This document shows positions 10,901 through 20,403 of a stretch of DNA of 64,000 nucleotides, one piece after another. How positions within the stretch are numbered: position 1 is the first letter of the stretch; each line of letters begins with the position of its first letter. Made by a program: the position numbers and the translations under genes. The notes under the pieces are model-generated. The model was given only the letters and a program-made list of their open reading frames with translations. It was not told the origin of the DNA and searched no databases. The stretch is from a virus (taxonomy: Duplodnaviria > Caudoviricetes). The DNA is taken from the IMG/VR virus record IMGVR_UViG_3300005259_000074, positions 128,001 through 192,000 of that record. One strand, given 5' to 3'.

Positions 10901-12395
10901 TGTCGACGGAGCCGTCAACTACGACTATTCTTCGTGGTTCACTACTGCTGGAGCTAGCTCTATCTTATTCAACATCCCGTTCTCGGCGTTCTTAAACGAT
11001 TATGTGTACGAGTATGGTTTGAGTTCAATGTATCCTCTCGCTAGGAACAACGAGGGTAGGATGTACTGCAATGCGACCCCACTTCCTGGATTTGATTACT
11101 CTTATGGTTTTTCGACGGTCGCAGCAGCTGCGAACTACTACTCAGGAGACTACATCGACATCACTGTCACTGGTGGAGATGGTTTGTGGTTCTATTATGC
11201 TGACTCTTCTGGAAAACCCTGCAACAACATGGGACGCATCTCTTATAAGATAACACAGATAACAGATGATACGGAAGCATTAGTCGAGTCTTTCGATCTT
11301 CCGACAACTACTGGATTGGTGACTCCAACTTATGGGACAAAGCTCTATGATAAAGTGCAGTACTTCGACGCTGCTGGGTCTCCGGACAAAGACGTTGAAG
11401 AGTCTAACTCGATATCTCCGGGTACCGCGATAAAGGTGTACAAGTCAGGGACTGGAGTCATAACGGGAGGCGAGCTTAAAGTCGTGGTGTTCTACGACAA
11501 GAGCACTCCTTACGGGTACATCATGGGAACGGTCGACCGGCAGATCGATAAGTTCTACTTGGGGACAGACTTGGTGAGGAACTCGTCGAGAGACGTGTAC
11601 AACTACGGCCAGGTGTCGTTCTACGGCAGCGTCGGAAATGAGAGTCAAGGCACTGCTTATTTGGGTGGCGGAAAGAATTCTGTGTCGACCGTCAATGCAG
11701 TCATCCAACGAAGTGTCGCCTCCACGGACACCGTGACACCCATAGTGAGATCTCAGTTGACGTCTGCGCGGTCTAACTTACATTCTTTCAAATCTTCTTC
11801 TAGCGCATATTTCGTCGGAGGATTGACTACTTCATCTCCGACATATGCGATAGATAAACTCGGTTTTGCAAACGATACTTCTGCAGTCACGTCTGCTGCT
11901 AACTTATCTACCGCTCTTTACGGAGTGGCGTCGGCGAGCGACGGAAATGGTGGAATGGCGTACTTCTGCGGCGGGCGCAATGCTTCTTACACTACCGACG
12001 TTGTGTCAAAAATGCTCCCATCGAGCGACACTATCATGGGTCTTTCTTCCGTCTCTCTGACTCAAGCTCGGTATAATGCTGCTACGGGAAGCGACTCGAC
12101 CAGCGTGTACGTAGTCAACGGCAGAGACTCTTCTACTTCCAGTAGGTACTCGAACGTAGATAAGATAAACACGTTCGCTGACACCGGTGCGGCGTCTTGG
12201 GCTTCGCCGACTGCCCTAGACGGTCAGGGAGTCATCGGAACGTCTCAGGCGATGTACTTAGTCGGGGGAGCCGACAGTAGCCTCGAATACGGTTTCATAA
12301 CTAAGCTCAATTTCTCCGACAGCACGGTGTCGTTCGTCTCGCAGATAGCTGGGACGACATACGGTGGCGGTGGAGCTACAATAACAAGAAGGTGA
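7920..12395 (+). CDS. Large tail fibre/adhesin-like protein 2 (four PDG.YR.TY repeats, LamG/concanavalin-like domain, Kelch-like repeats)
   Basis: Likely start is the ATG at 7920 (TAATG overlap); WHHVAMTW..ILYIDG and RLYNRVL LamG motifs. Confidence 0.6.
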   Translation: MGKIVKFPVAVTTQTASETQYGLCPMLEATVRTEANAGADAVASDSAVRAAIDAFNPSVEAVSIGAGTAVLNTVIAGNPNTVTFNSIAGRGFITATAQDDTIVLGTMQAGYPESASPSAEISLFRTINGGVLQEASTVDNGTFSSSITTTENITAGIPVTVSARFNACTIIGSQFANTAPTPTNNNVLAEGAVYLAVPDGTYRITYLNGATKYNSSYAYNQPLTTNQGMMYCNNTALPGYTASSGYSTLTAAQAAYTSQYVTVTVSGGVGLYFWFNATTNTNCSGFVQYMISAVNLVSVSAMMNASNGYNNSNTWTSTTYVPAALSDTNIPGGTEGPVRVAVPDGTYRVTYVNGGVTYHSYSAGPVDVTDGLVAQWMLNGDTTDSQGVRNATNVGVTFTYESIFSRSAGVFGGSGWAYFSQSGVPLVNTARSICGWMKISSSYGGSGGYATVFSMGTYGSSGYTDHGFALSVDSGYLSAQFGNSYHNYTAYNKILTDSTWHHVAMTWSGSTVILYIDGVAYLSVARSAINTVNGYGYGSIGTMYDGANGPQYTLLGELADWRLYNRVLTASDVANIMTYDTTSSGSGTVADPYGMWNVPFSTYAGSNPVIAAFPNGGKVFCNQTELQGFSNVAGYSSVVAAQQVYAGQYTDVIATNGLGLNFWYGDVTNYGYDNRGRITYSIAKVIPSTEESYDAFYDVQGGDAIGKIMMKCTTPFTTTNGSAKLSVGIEGESSVNAWPTTVTINPVMDCCKADATVWTNGVPPIAVDDINNIATGAFKLDVPDGTYRITYAAGAVWGAGVVSTNPWNQTVYYAQGYAYGPTSGGTVYNRSTLAACWSGAAFVNGTRLPGFNGGLVGTSGVNQYTQGYATFAAAQAANVGSYIDFTVTGGTGLWFYFTDLGEGNYHNEGYVSYTVFPLSYTGSLDMQVSVSAAYNLCPTVSTSYKVQPSYSAIGPYNSTGWGPGSLDTPLTTDCPNIPGATHVPVSDGIYRITYVDGAVNYDYSSWFTTAGASSILFNIPFSAFLNDYVYEYGLSSMYPLARNNEGRMYCNATPLPGFDYSYGFSTVAAAANYYSGDYIDITVTGGDGLWFYYADSSGKPCNNMGRISYKITQITDDTEALVESFDLPTTTGLVTPTYGTKLYDKVQYFDAAGSPDKDVEESNSISPGTAIKVYKSGTGVITGGELKVVVFYDKSTPYGYIMGTVDRQIDKFYLGTDLVRNSSRDVYNYGQVSFYGSVGNESQGTAYLGGGKNSVSTVNAVIQRSVASTDTVTPIVRSQLTSARSNLHSFKSSSSAYFVGGLTTSSPTYAIDKLGFANDTSAVTSAANLSTALYGVASASDGNGGMAYFCGGRNASYTTDVVSKMLPSSDTIMGLSSVSLTQARYNAATGSDSTSVYVVNGRDSSTSSRYSNVDKINTFADTGAASWASPTALDGQGVIGTSQAMYLVGGADSSLEYGFITKLNFSDSTVSFVSQIAGTTYGGGGATITRR

Positions 12396-12402
12396 TGTTG
12401 CG

Positions 12403-14115
12403 ATGGCTGTAGGTCAACTGACAAAATTCCCGATAAAGACGATCCTCGAGTTCGCCACCGACACGAGGAAGGGTATAATGCCCGTCCTCAAGTCTGAAGT
12501 CAAGATGCTCGAGGAAGCCAGCCCGTCCGGAGTGCCGTCTGAGCTGGCCGTCAGGAAGGCGATCAACCAGATCAACAGCCACGCGCAGTTCGAGAGCGTG
12601 GGCATTGGGATGCCGATATTCTCGCAGATGGCCGGGACGCAAGCTCAGATCAACTCTCTCATCCCATCTGGAGCAGACGCTATATGGTTAGACACCACGA
12701 CTAACACGGTCATGCTGTCGGGGTGGGCAGTGTCCTCTTCGACGTCGGCGACTCTAGACTACATCGTGTTCAACGAAGGAGACATGTGCGTCAACGACAG
12801 CGTCATAGTCATCGATCCTCCGCTGAACGGTTCGTCTGTGATAACGACTTATGGTATGTCGGTCCAGGGTGGGAAGAACCAGTACTGCGCTGAGATCAAC
12901 TACGACGAGCTGGCTACGTCTGGAGTGGCGATCGCGACTGCTTACAGAGACGACGTGATCGGAAAGATCTTCATCAAGTGCGAAGTACCCCTAGAGCAGA
13001 ACGGCTCTGTGTACAGCGTAGGAGACTGGACAGACAAGATCAAGTACACTCAGAACTTCTCGGCTCCTGTCAACGCAGGTCTGGTCAACTTCGAGTACGG
13101 GGACGGGATGACCAGCGAGTTCTCTTGGATCTCCGCTGCGTCAGCTGACATAGTGCTATGGACGTATGGCACGCCTCCAGTCACTGGTAAACTTGGATTT
13201 AGCATCTTTTATGACCACGTGAATTGGGCGCCTGACTTCGGTTACTACTTGGGTACAGGTGCGACGGACGTCATCAGGTTCGATTTGACTCAAGAAGACA
13301 ATTCGTTTTCATATAGAGCAGCGTTAGCAGCAAACACGACCAGCTACGGTGTGTTCCAAAATGGGTACAACATGTACGCCGCTGGTGGGATATGGACGGC
13401 TGTCATGGCGACGATCCAGAAGTACAACTCGAAGAACGACACGCTCGCTGCAGTCGCGACTAGCGTGCTGACTGTAGCGAGGATGTCCACCAGGGGCGCA
13501 AACTCAACTCTGGCTGGGTACGTGTTCGGAGGGCAGACTGCCTCAGCGTCGTCGGCAGTCGTAGACAAACTGACATTCTCGACAGACACCACGAACGCAA
13601 CGTCTAACGCTACGATGAACGCGGCTAGAGTCGGCGGGGGAACGGTCAGCAATAGCACTACGGCGATAGTCGCGGGAGGCTTCTCATACGGAGTGGTCCC
13701 GCTGTCTTCGATAGAGACTATGACGTTCTCCAGCGACACTACGATGGCACTGTCGTCTTCGACGCTGAGTGAGAACACTTACTGCATGTTCTCGTTCGAC
13801 GCATCTTCCTATGGGTATTTGGTGGGTGGTCAGACTGGTTACTCGAGTTTTCATAAATATAACTACTCGAGCGGAGGAGTGACGACTGTCAGCTCGTCGC
13901 TAGTCATGCCGCAGTACGCCGGATGCGACGTGCAGACGGTCGCTTATGGGTACGCGATCGGCGGGTACAGCAACGGGACGCCTGCTACTTTCGCGCAGAA
14001 GATAGACATGGCAACTGACACGGTGTCCGTAGTCAATTTCGAGTGTCCACAGCTGAAAGACGCTTATGGACACTCGTTAGGTCCGGCAACTGGATGTCCA
14101 GGACTATCAGTCTAA
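12403..14115 (+). CDS. Large tail fibre/adhesin-like protein 3 (Kelch-like repeats)
   Basis: Paralogous N-terminus; YVFGG/IVAGG/YLVGG/YAIGG repeats. Confidence 0.55.
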   Translation: MAVGQLTKFPIKTILEFATDTRKGIMPVLKSEVKMLEEASPSGVPSELAVRKAINQINSHAQFESVGIGMPIFSQMAGTQAQINSLIPSGADAIWLDTTTNTVMLSGWAVSSSTSATLDYIVFNEGDMCVNDSVIVIDPPLNGSSVITTYGMSVQGGKNQYCAEINYDELATSGVAIATAYRDDVIGKIFIKCEVPLEQNGSVYSVGDWTDKIKYTQNFSAPVNAGLVNFEYGDGMTSEFSWISAASADIVLWTYGTPPVTGKLGFSIFYDHVNWAPDFGYYLGTGATDVIRFDLTQEDNSFSYRAALAANTTSYGVFQNGYNMYAAGGIWTAVMATIQKYNSKNDTLAAVATSVLTVARMSTRGANSTLAGYVFGGQTASASSAVVDKLTFSTDTTNATSNATMNAARVGGGTVSNSTTAIVAGGFSYGVVPLSSIETMTFSSDTTMALSSSTLSENTYCMFSFDASSYGYLVGGQTGYSSFHKYNYSSGGVTTVSSSLVMPQYAGCDVQTVAYGYAIGGYSNGTPATFAQKIDMATDTVSVVNFECPQLKDAYGHSLGPATGCPGLSV

Positions 14116-14144
14116 GATGTAGTGTAACACGTTGGGAGACGTAA

Positions 14145-17100
14145 ATGCTTAAGTACTTCCCCAAGAAGGGCGAAGATTTCTCTACTACGGCGAAAGCCAA
14201 AGAGTTCTCCATAAACCAAGTGTGGCAGAACTACGACGAACTGTGGAACTTCGTCTCGGGGTCTACTGAGGGCATAGGCTCTCTGGTGTTTGAACACGTG
14301 TCTAACTTCGTGCAGAACATAAGAGACATCGAGACGTGCGGCTTACACCAATTGTACTCAATGGCGTCCGAGCTAGACGTCTCTCAAGTGTTCTCCTATG
14401 ACTTGGAGTACCCATACCATCTCGAAAGACTCATGGACGAACTCTCCATCAGTAGATCTCATTTACTGTGTTCCGGAAGTGTCCTGCAGGACGGAGTCAT
14501 CAGTCAACTGTACACTGATGTAGGCTCACAGGTCAGCTCTATCGTCTGGTATTCTCCGTCTGGCTACGTGACTTCGGGATACATTCCGGGCGCTGTCAGC
14601 GCAGTTGTGTACAGCAATGTCATCGTAGACTCTACGTACTTGACCGACGTGATAGAGGGGTCAATCAGCGCTAACTTAGCGTACTACGCAAACCAATCGC
14701 TATATGCGTCAGGTGCGATGTCCGGCGTAGCAGCTGACTACTTAGGTTTCATGTCGGAGATATACAGCATCCCATCCGCGTTCACTTTCACTGCGTCTAA
14801 CAGCGCACAGGTGGTGATGGACTGCACTCACACACTGCGCAACATCGCAGTAAAAGCCTCGTATCAGCGAGAGACATTAAAACGACTGGCGCAGAAGTTC
14901 GCAATGATAGGAACTACCAATGCCATCGAGAAGATCATCGGCGAATACATACTCAGGGGGTTCACCCGCAAAGATGACTGGCGGCTGTACGTCACCCCAT
15001 CGGGCTCCGGACAGTCTAACTTAACTAACTTGTCGTACGCCCTGGAGTCTCACCTACCTCGTTTGACAGACATCAATTCTTATTTCAACGTAGACGTAGT
15101 CGAGTACTACGACACCACAGAATACTTGAACGTGTCTGCTGAGTCTGCGCCTAATTATATCGCGCAGTATTCCAGTGGATACCTCACGTCTTCATGGATC
15201 GACATCAGTGGTAATTTGTGTGAAGTGCAGTACATGTCCCCATCAGCAGTCGTCGCGTGGGTGCCGTCTGGTTACGTCGTCACTGGAGGCAACTCGAGGT
15301 TCTGGGAAGGAGATGTGTTTAGCGACTCAACTTATATGACTGATTGGACCGCTGACCAGATAAGTGGGTACTTCAGCTCTATGGGCCTCAGTGCGATGAC
15401 TCTTCCAGAAGCCACTGGATTCCATGCCTTCGTGTGGGACATCCTGGCTGCCAGCGGGTACAACCGCTACGCGGTGATCCCAGAGCTGACGGGTGTGCTG
15501 ACTCCGAAGTACGCAGCGACTCCTGTGAGCGGTTACGACAGCGTGCCGGCGAGTGGGTGGCTGACACCCAGGACTAGCCTGTCGGCAATGCACTTTAAGT
15601 ACATAGGAAATGCGTCTGGAGACACTCCGCCTGCCAATATCCAGAACTCGCTGTACCCGACTGTCGCTCCACAACCCTTCATATGGAACTTAGTCGAAAA
15701 GATATACCAAGACTATCCAGACCTCCTCTCGACGATACTAATGACGGAACAAGCTACAAGCGGGCAATGGTCTCAGATGGTAGACGCGTCTGGCAACTTA
15801 ATAGACTCTTGGAAATACTTCAACCATGAATACATGGGCTATCAAACCGCATACGAGCAGTCAGACAACCTGAACTGGGCGGAGACGATGGACCCCAACA
15901 TCGACAGAGATGGTCCGTTCAACCCCAATGCCTTGAGCGCTTTCATAACGTCTTACGATGGAACTTATGCGACTATACAGCAGACTCTGTCTGGCTACTT
16001 CGCGAGCATCTCCAAGGAGTACGCCACTTCCGGAGTGCCAACGTCGGTGTCGGCGCAGCTAGTCGACTACAGAGACGATATGTTAGCTCTATCAGGCATG
16101 ACCATAGCGCAGTACGGCTTCGACCAATACGACAACAACTACATTCTCTATAAGCAGTACGCAGGTTACGAGAACACTGGCACTATATGGATGAGGTACC
16201 GCAACCACCCTCTGCCGTTCCCGATGTGCGATGGACCTTACTCCAACTGGAGGGAGCAGCAGGTGTTCCTCTACGGAGGCCTCGGGATGGGCCTACAAGA
16301 CATCGTCAACGGCGGTTGCTACGACATGGGTCACATCGGAGATGTGATGTGGGTGTACGGGAGTCCGGCGTCTGGGGCTTCTGACAGGCTCTGCGTGTTC
16401 CACAATGACTATACGTGGTTTCCGTCGCCGTCAGCAGTCACACTGTTCTCGGTCGTCGTAGACAGCAACGGAGGAGACTTACCTCAGTACATTGACATCG
16501 ATAGAAAAAACTTCGTGGGGAGCTACTCGTTTCAAGACTGGCTGATATTCGTGCAGCTAATACCTACTTCTGGAGACATCACGGCCGGCGGAAACTTCGG
16601 AAATTTCAAGTTCAACCACTACAACACCATAACTCACGTGTTCGAAGACGCGCAGTTCACCAACTTGAACTTGCAGAACTTGCCTCCGCTGTACTACGCC
16701 GGCGACAACTCGCGTCCGTTCAGGCTGTCGGCTTCGCAGAGCATGGTGACCATAGCTTACGAGAGCGACAACTCCTCACACGCTGCTGAGTCGTACACCG
16801 GAGCGGGTTTTGCGAACGGCATAACGACGATAGACATCGACATCAACTCTCTCAGCGACGTTGCTGGCGCTTACACTGTGTTCGAATGGTACAGAGTGCT
16901 AGAGGACACGAGTGGGGAAGGGCCTTGCTATGGGCTGTGCAGCAGTTCTTCGTCTTCTGCTACGTCTAGTTCGTCTAGCTCTACGCACCCGACCCCACCT
17001 GGAATCTGGATATGGTGGGAAGCTGGAGGCTCTTCTTCATCCTCATCCTCATCTTCGTCATCGAGCAGCTCTAGCAGTCATTCATCGTCGAGCAGCTCTA

Positions 17101-17438
17101 ACTCGAGTTCATCGTCATCGAGTTCTAGCAGCGAGTCAGTGTCTAGCAGTTCATCTTCAAGTTCTTCGACTGACCCTGCGACCATCTGTTATTTCGGCGT
17201 ACTAACGTGGGGAACTAACTCAACAGATCCGTTGAACGGAGGATGTGCTAACGGTGGACAAGCTGGTTGTTGCAACGATGCGACAATGACGAGTAGTTGG
17301 CCAAAGGTCGTCCCGGGCGTTGTCACATACATCGAGAGCGGTTATTTCGCTGGTTGTCACGTCATGCTCTTACCATGCGGTTATAGCTGTGCAAGAGTTT
17401 ATGATCATCCTGAGTGGCCTTGCACCTGCTCGTGTTAA
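14145..17438 (+). CDS. Large baseplate-associated structural protein (possibly gp7-like) with poly-Ser tract and Cys-rich C-terminus
   Basis: 1097-aa ORF in the tail operon; IGTTNAIEKII segment; poly-Ser at about 16940-17170. Confidence 0.45.
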   Translation: MLKYFPKKGEDFSTTAKAKEFSINQVWQNYDELWNFVSGSTEGIGSLVFEHVSNFVQNIRDIETCGLHQLYSMASELDVSQVFSYDLEYPYHLERLMDELSISRSHLLCSGSVLQDGVISQLYTDVGSQVSSIVWYSPSGYVTSGYIPGAVSAVVYSNVIVDSTYLTDVIEGSISANLAYYANQSLYASGAMSGVAADYLGFMSEIYSIPSAFTFTASNSAQVVMDCTHTLRNIAVKASYQRETLKRLAQKFAMIGTTNAIEKIIGEYILRGFTRKDDWRLYVTPSGSGQSNLTNLSYALESHLPRLTDINSYFNVDVVEYYDTTEYLNVSAESAPNYIAQYSSGYLTSSWIDISGNLCEVQYMSPSAVVAWVPSGYVVTGGNSRFWEGDVFSDSTYMTDWTADQISGYFSSMGLSAMTLPEATGFHAFVWDILAASGYNRYAVIPELTGVLTPKYAATPVSGYDSVPASGWLTPRTSLSAMHFKYIGNASGDTPPANIQNSLYPTVAPQPFIWNLVEKIYQDYPDLLSTILMTEQATSGQWSQMVDASGNLIDSWKYFNHEYMGYQTAYEQSDNLNWAETMDPNIDRDGPFNPNALSAFITSYDGTYATIQQTLSGYFASISKEYATSGVPTSVSAQLVDYRDDMLALSGMTIAQYGFDQYDNNYILYKQYAGYENTGTIWMRYRNHPLPFPMCDGPYSNWREQQVFLYGGLGMGLQDIVNGGCYDMGHIGDVMWVYGSPASGASDRLCVFHNDYTWFPSPSAVTLFSVVVDSNGGDLPQYIDIDRKNFVGSYSFQDWLIFVQLIPTSGDITAGGNFGNFKFNHYNTITHVFEDAQFTNLNLQNLPPLYYAGDNSRPFRLSASQSMVTIAYESDNSSHAAESYTGAGFANGITTIDIDINSLSDVAGAYTVFEWYRVLEDTSGEGPCYGLCSSSSSSATSSSSSSTHPTPPGIWIWWEAGGSSSSSSSSSSSSSSSSHSSSSSSNSSSSSSSSSSESVSSSSSSSSSTDPATICYFGVLTWGTNSTDPLNGGCANGGQAGCCNDATMTSSWPKVVPGVVTYIESGYFAGCHVMLLPCGYSCARVYDHPEWPCTCSC

Positions 17439-17547
17439 ATAAACACAAATGGGAGACTATTTCACAATGAAAGAAAATTTAAGGATATGATCCGATATTG
17501 TCATTTTATGACTACGTGTGCATCAAACGTAATTAACTTTTCTGAGA

Positions 17548-17554
17548 ATAAATA
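17548..17554 (+). promoter_or_regulatory. Late promoter core ATAAATA
   Basis: Upstream of the 17585 gene; a similar core lies at 19688-19694. Confidence 0.45.
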
Positions 17555-17584
17555 CCCTTAGACAGAATCAACTGCGAGAACATA

Positions 17585-18163
17585 ATGAAATTTTTCGACA
17601 TTTTAACTGAGTTGACTCTCTCAGAGTCTTTCAGTGACAACGCATACGTCTTTGACTTCGACGACACGCTGTTTCACACTGACTGTAAGATAGAGGTTAG
17701 AGACAAGAAGACTGGCGGAGTGGTCAAGCGCTTGTCGTCGGCTCAGTTCAACCACTACAAGTTGGACTCAGGAGAGGAATTCGACTTCTCGGAATTCGAA
17801 GACGTCTCGCGGATAATGGCTGGGAAACCTGCTAAGATGCTCAGAGCTGCGCAGAACATATCTGATGCAGTGACTAGCGGCAAATCCAATAGCGTCATCT
17901 ACGTGGTCACTGCGAGAGCTGGAATGGGGACAGAAGACGCTATAACGTCTGTGTTGAACAAACACGGTGTCTTCGTCAAGCGAGAGAACGTGTACGCGGC
18001 CGGTAACACTGCCAAAGACACTGGGGACATCCCCACTGAGAAGTCTAAGATTGTGAAGAGCATCCGTGAGAGACACGGAGGTAAGATAATGTTCTACGAC
18101 GACAGCTCGGCCAACGTGGCCGCTGTCAAGGATGTCAAAGGCGTCAACGCCAGAAAAGTCTGA
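17585..18163 (+). CDS. HAD-superfamily phosphatase-like protein
   Basis: YVFDFDDTL motif I, VVTAR motif II and FYDDS motif IV. Confidence 0.75.
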   Translation: MKFFDILTELTLSESFSDNAYVFDFDDTLFHTDCKIEVRDKKTGGVVKRLSSAQFNHYKLDSGEEFDFSEFEDVSRIMAGKPAKMLRAAQNISDAVTSGKSNSVIYVVTARAGMGTEDAITSVLNKHGVFVKRENVYAAGNTAKDTGDIPTEKSKIVKSIRERHGGKIMFYDDSSANVAAVKDVKGVNARKV

Positions 18164-19622
18164 GATAGTGTCTACAAAGAGACTGAAACTGGAGAATTTC
18201 GCTTCCGGCCCAGGCGCTAAGCAGTTCGTCTTAACGACTACTTATATGCTCGGATCGGCTGCCATACCCCTGTCTTCCGACGTGTTCTTCGCCGGACAGG
18301 ACGGGTACGCGTTAGAAGCTACTCCGGCGAACGTGTACCAGGGGTATGGCTCAGACTCCACGATATACAGCCAGAACTTCTTCTTCAGAGACTACTCCGT
18401 GATGAATCCGGACGCAGCTCTCAGTGGAGTGGGGCTGACCGTCCGCCCGAACAGAGCCTCAGCTAAAGACTTAGTGCAATTCGGTGACTACTCATTCTTA
18501 TTGACTAACGACACAGTGTCAGGACTGTTCTTCGCTGCGCAAACTACGCCCGACTCGGCTGTCTCAGGATGCGTCAGAGAAGACAACTTAGTGGTGACAT
18601 ACGCCCCTTCAGCTACATCAGACGACCCAGAGATAGACATCATATACAGAGACGTCTCGTTCAACGCCAGCACAGAAGAACCTGACTTGATATTCGCGTC
18701 TCTAGACACATCTGGTTACACTATCTACGTCAAAGACGCAGTGCTGTCTGGAGACTCTGCGTACGCGATCCCGGGGGCGAGTGGCATTCCTTTCGCGTGG
18801 ATGTTAGAGTACGATCTCAAGAACGAAGCTATATTTCCCGAGCCAGCTCAAGTATTCGGAAAAGCTGACGGCACTACTTTCGTATGGAATACACTAGTTA
18901 AAGAAGCTGATGCAGAAGTATATTCACCTAACGCATCAGCAGACACCATATCGAAGATACTGGTGAATCCGTTCGCTCTGAAGAATATGTACAATTACGA
19001 CTGGAACGTTGAGGGAGACAGAGACACCGGAAAATTGACTGGTGTCAGAAACTACGTGAAGTGTGGAAAAGCTCAGAATCAGATGTGGATGAGTTATCGT
19101 TATTTCCGAGATGAAGAAGATGTAACGCAAAACTACGAATACATCGAGAGGACAGCAGGACTCTATAAGTTCCAACCAGCTAATGGTCATAAGAGCAACA
19201 TATACTCAGTGAGGATCAACAACTCGGGGTTAACCGACGATCAGAGAGAACCAACAGAAACGAGGACCGCTAAAGAACAGCTGCGCACTATCATTGAACA
19301 AGTCATCAAAAATGCTGTTAAAAAGATAGCTCCTGTCAACACTCACTTGTGGATGGTCGACTGGAAAGGACAAACGCTCGTTACTCAATCGAGCAGTTCG
19401 TCGAGTAGCAGTTCATCCAGTTCGTTATCTTCTAGCAGCTCTTCAAACAGCTTCAGCTCCAGTTCGTCAAGCAGTTTCAGCAGTAGTTCTAGCAGCTTTT
19501 CGTCGTCTAGCTCGTTCTCGAGCAGTTCTTCGAGCAGTTTCTCATCGTCTAGTTCTTCTGAGAGTTCGTCTAGTAGCTCATCATCCAGTTCTTCTGAGAG
19601 TTCTAGCAGCAGTTCTATTTGA
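18132..19622 (+). CDS. Structural protein with C-terminal poly-Ser tract (start uncertain)
   Basis: 496-aa ORF ending in about 77 near-continuous Ser-rich residues. Confidence 0.6.
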   Translation: MSKASTPEKSEIVSTKRLKLENFASGPGAKQFVLTTTYMLGSAAIPLSSDVFFAGQDGYALEATPANVYQGYGSDSTIYSQNFFFRDYSVMNPDAALSGVGLTVRPNRASAKDLVQFGDYSFLLTNDTVSGLFFAAQTTPDSAVSGCVREDNLVVTYAPSATSDDPEIDIIYRDVSFNASTEEPDLIFASLDTSGYTIYVKDAVLSGDSAYAIPGASGIPFAWMLEYDLKNEAIFPEPAQVFGKADGTTFVWNTLVKEADAEVYSPNASADTISKILVNPFALKNMYNYDWNVEGDRDTGKLTGVRNYVKCGKAQNQMWMSYRYFRDEEDVTQNYEYIERTAGLYKFQPANGHKSNIYSVRINNSGLTDDQREPTETRTAKEQLRTIIEQVIKNAVKKIAPVNTHLWMVDWKGQTLVTQSSSSSSSSSSSSLSSSSSSNSFSSSSSSSFSSSSSSFSSSSSFSSSSSSSFSSSSSSESSSSSSSSSSSESSSSSSI

Positions 19623-19727
19623 GAATTCAGTAGTGACATACTTCTATGATTTCTAAGACTGTTGCGTGAGTTAGTTTAACAAAAAAGATAAATAGAGGAT
19701 AACAACACCTCTGGAGGCACTTCTAAC

Positions 19728-20393
19728 ATGTCTATCATCGAAGTCGAACTTAAGACTGTCGCTCCGCGGAAGTGGACTGGAAATTTTGGCCAGTCTGCTC
19801 CGACTATCGACTCTTCTACTGGCGTTAACATAGGAGACATAGCGGTCGACAGCAGCGCCGTGGAGTACGTGTGGACTTGTTTAGATGCTACTACTGGAGC
19901 TCCAGTGTGGCAGAAGATTCTGACGACAACTTATATAACGCAGAATGCTGCTCCAGCTGGAACAGTGAGTTATTTTGCGATGTCTTCACTTCCAACTGGA
20001 TGGTTGGAATGTAACGGAGCTGCAGTCAGCAGGACGACTTACGCTACACTGTTCGCGAACATCAGCACGACTTATGGCGCAGGTGACGGCACTAGCACGT
20101 TTAACTTACCAGACCTCCGGGGTTATTTTCTCCGTGGTTGGGACCATGGCGCAGGTGTCGATACCGGGAGGAACATCGGTACTTCACAACTAGATGGACT
20201 TGCAAGTCACAAACACACTACTACTCATACAACTCACGGTGCCAACAGAGGTGATCCTTCGCCTTATTGGTACGCTGGAGATGGTGATAACTTAGATCCA
20301 TCAACTTTTACTGTCACTTTCTATGAAGCGTCTGGTGGTGGTACAGAGACTCGGCCGAAGAACGTCGCTATGATGACGTGTATAAAGTACTGA
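19728..20393 (+). CDS. Phage tail collar domain protein
   Basis: PTGWLECNGAAVSRTTYATLF...FNLPDLRGYFLRGWD. Confidence 0.9.
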   Translation: MSIIEVELKTVAPRKWTGNFGQSAPTIDSSTGVNIGDIAVDSSAVEYVWTCLDATTGAPVWQKILTTTYITQNAAPAGTVSYFAMSSLPTGWLECNGAAVSRTTYATLFANISTTYGAGDGTSTFNLPDLRGYFLRGWDHGAGVDTGRNIGTSQLDGLASHKHTTTHTTHGANRGDPSPYWYAGDGDNLDPSTFTVTFYEASGGGTETRPKNVAMMTCIKY

Positions 20394-20403
20394 GAGGAAG
20401 CAG

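Noticed and set aside
5644-13778. Long antisense ORFs such as 5679-6536, 7829-8476, 9828-10544 and 13344-13778
   Set aside because: They are shadows of Gly/Ser/Thr-rich sense genes and have no independent motifs
19385-19639. Leu/Glu-rich antisense ORF
   Set aside because: It is the reverse complement of the poly-Ser tract
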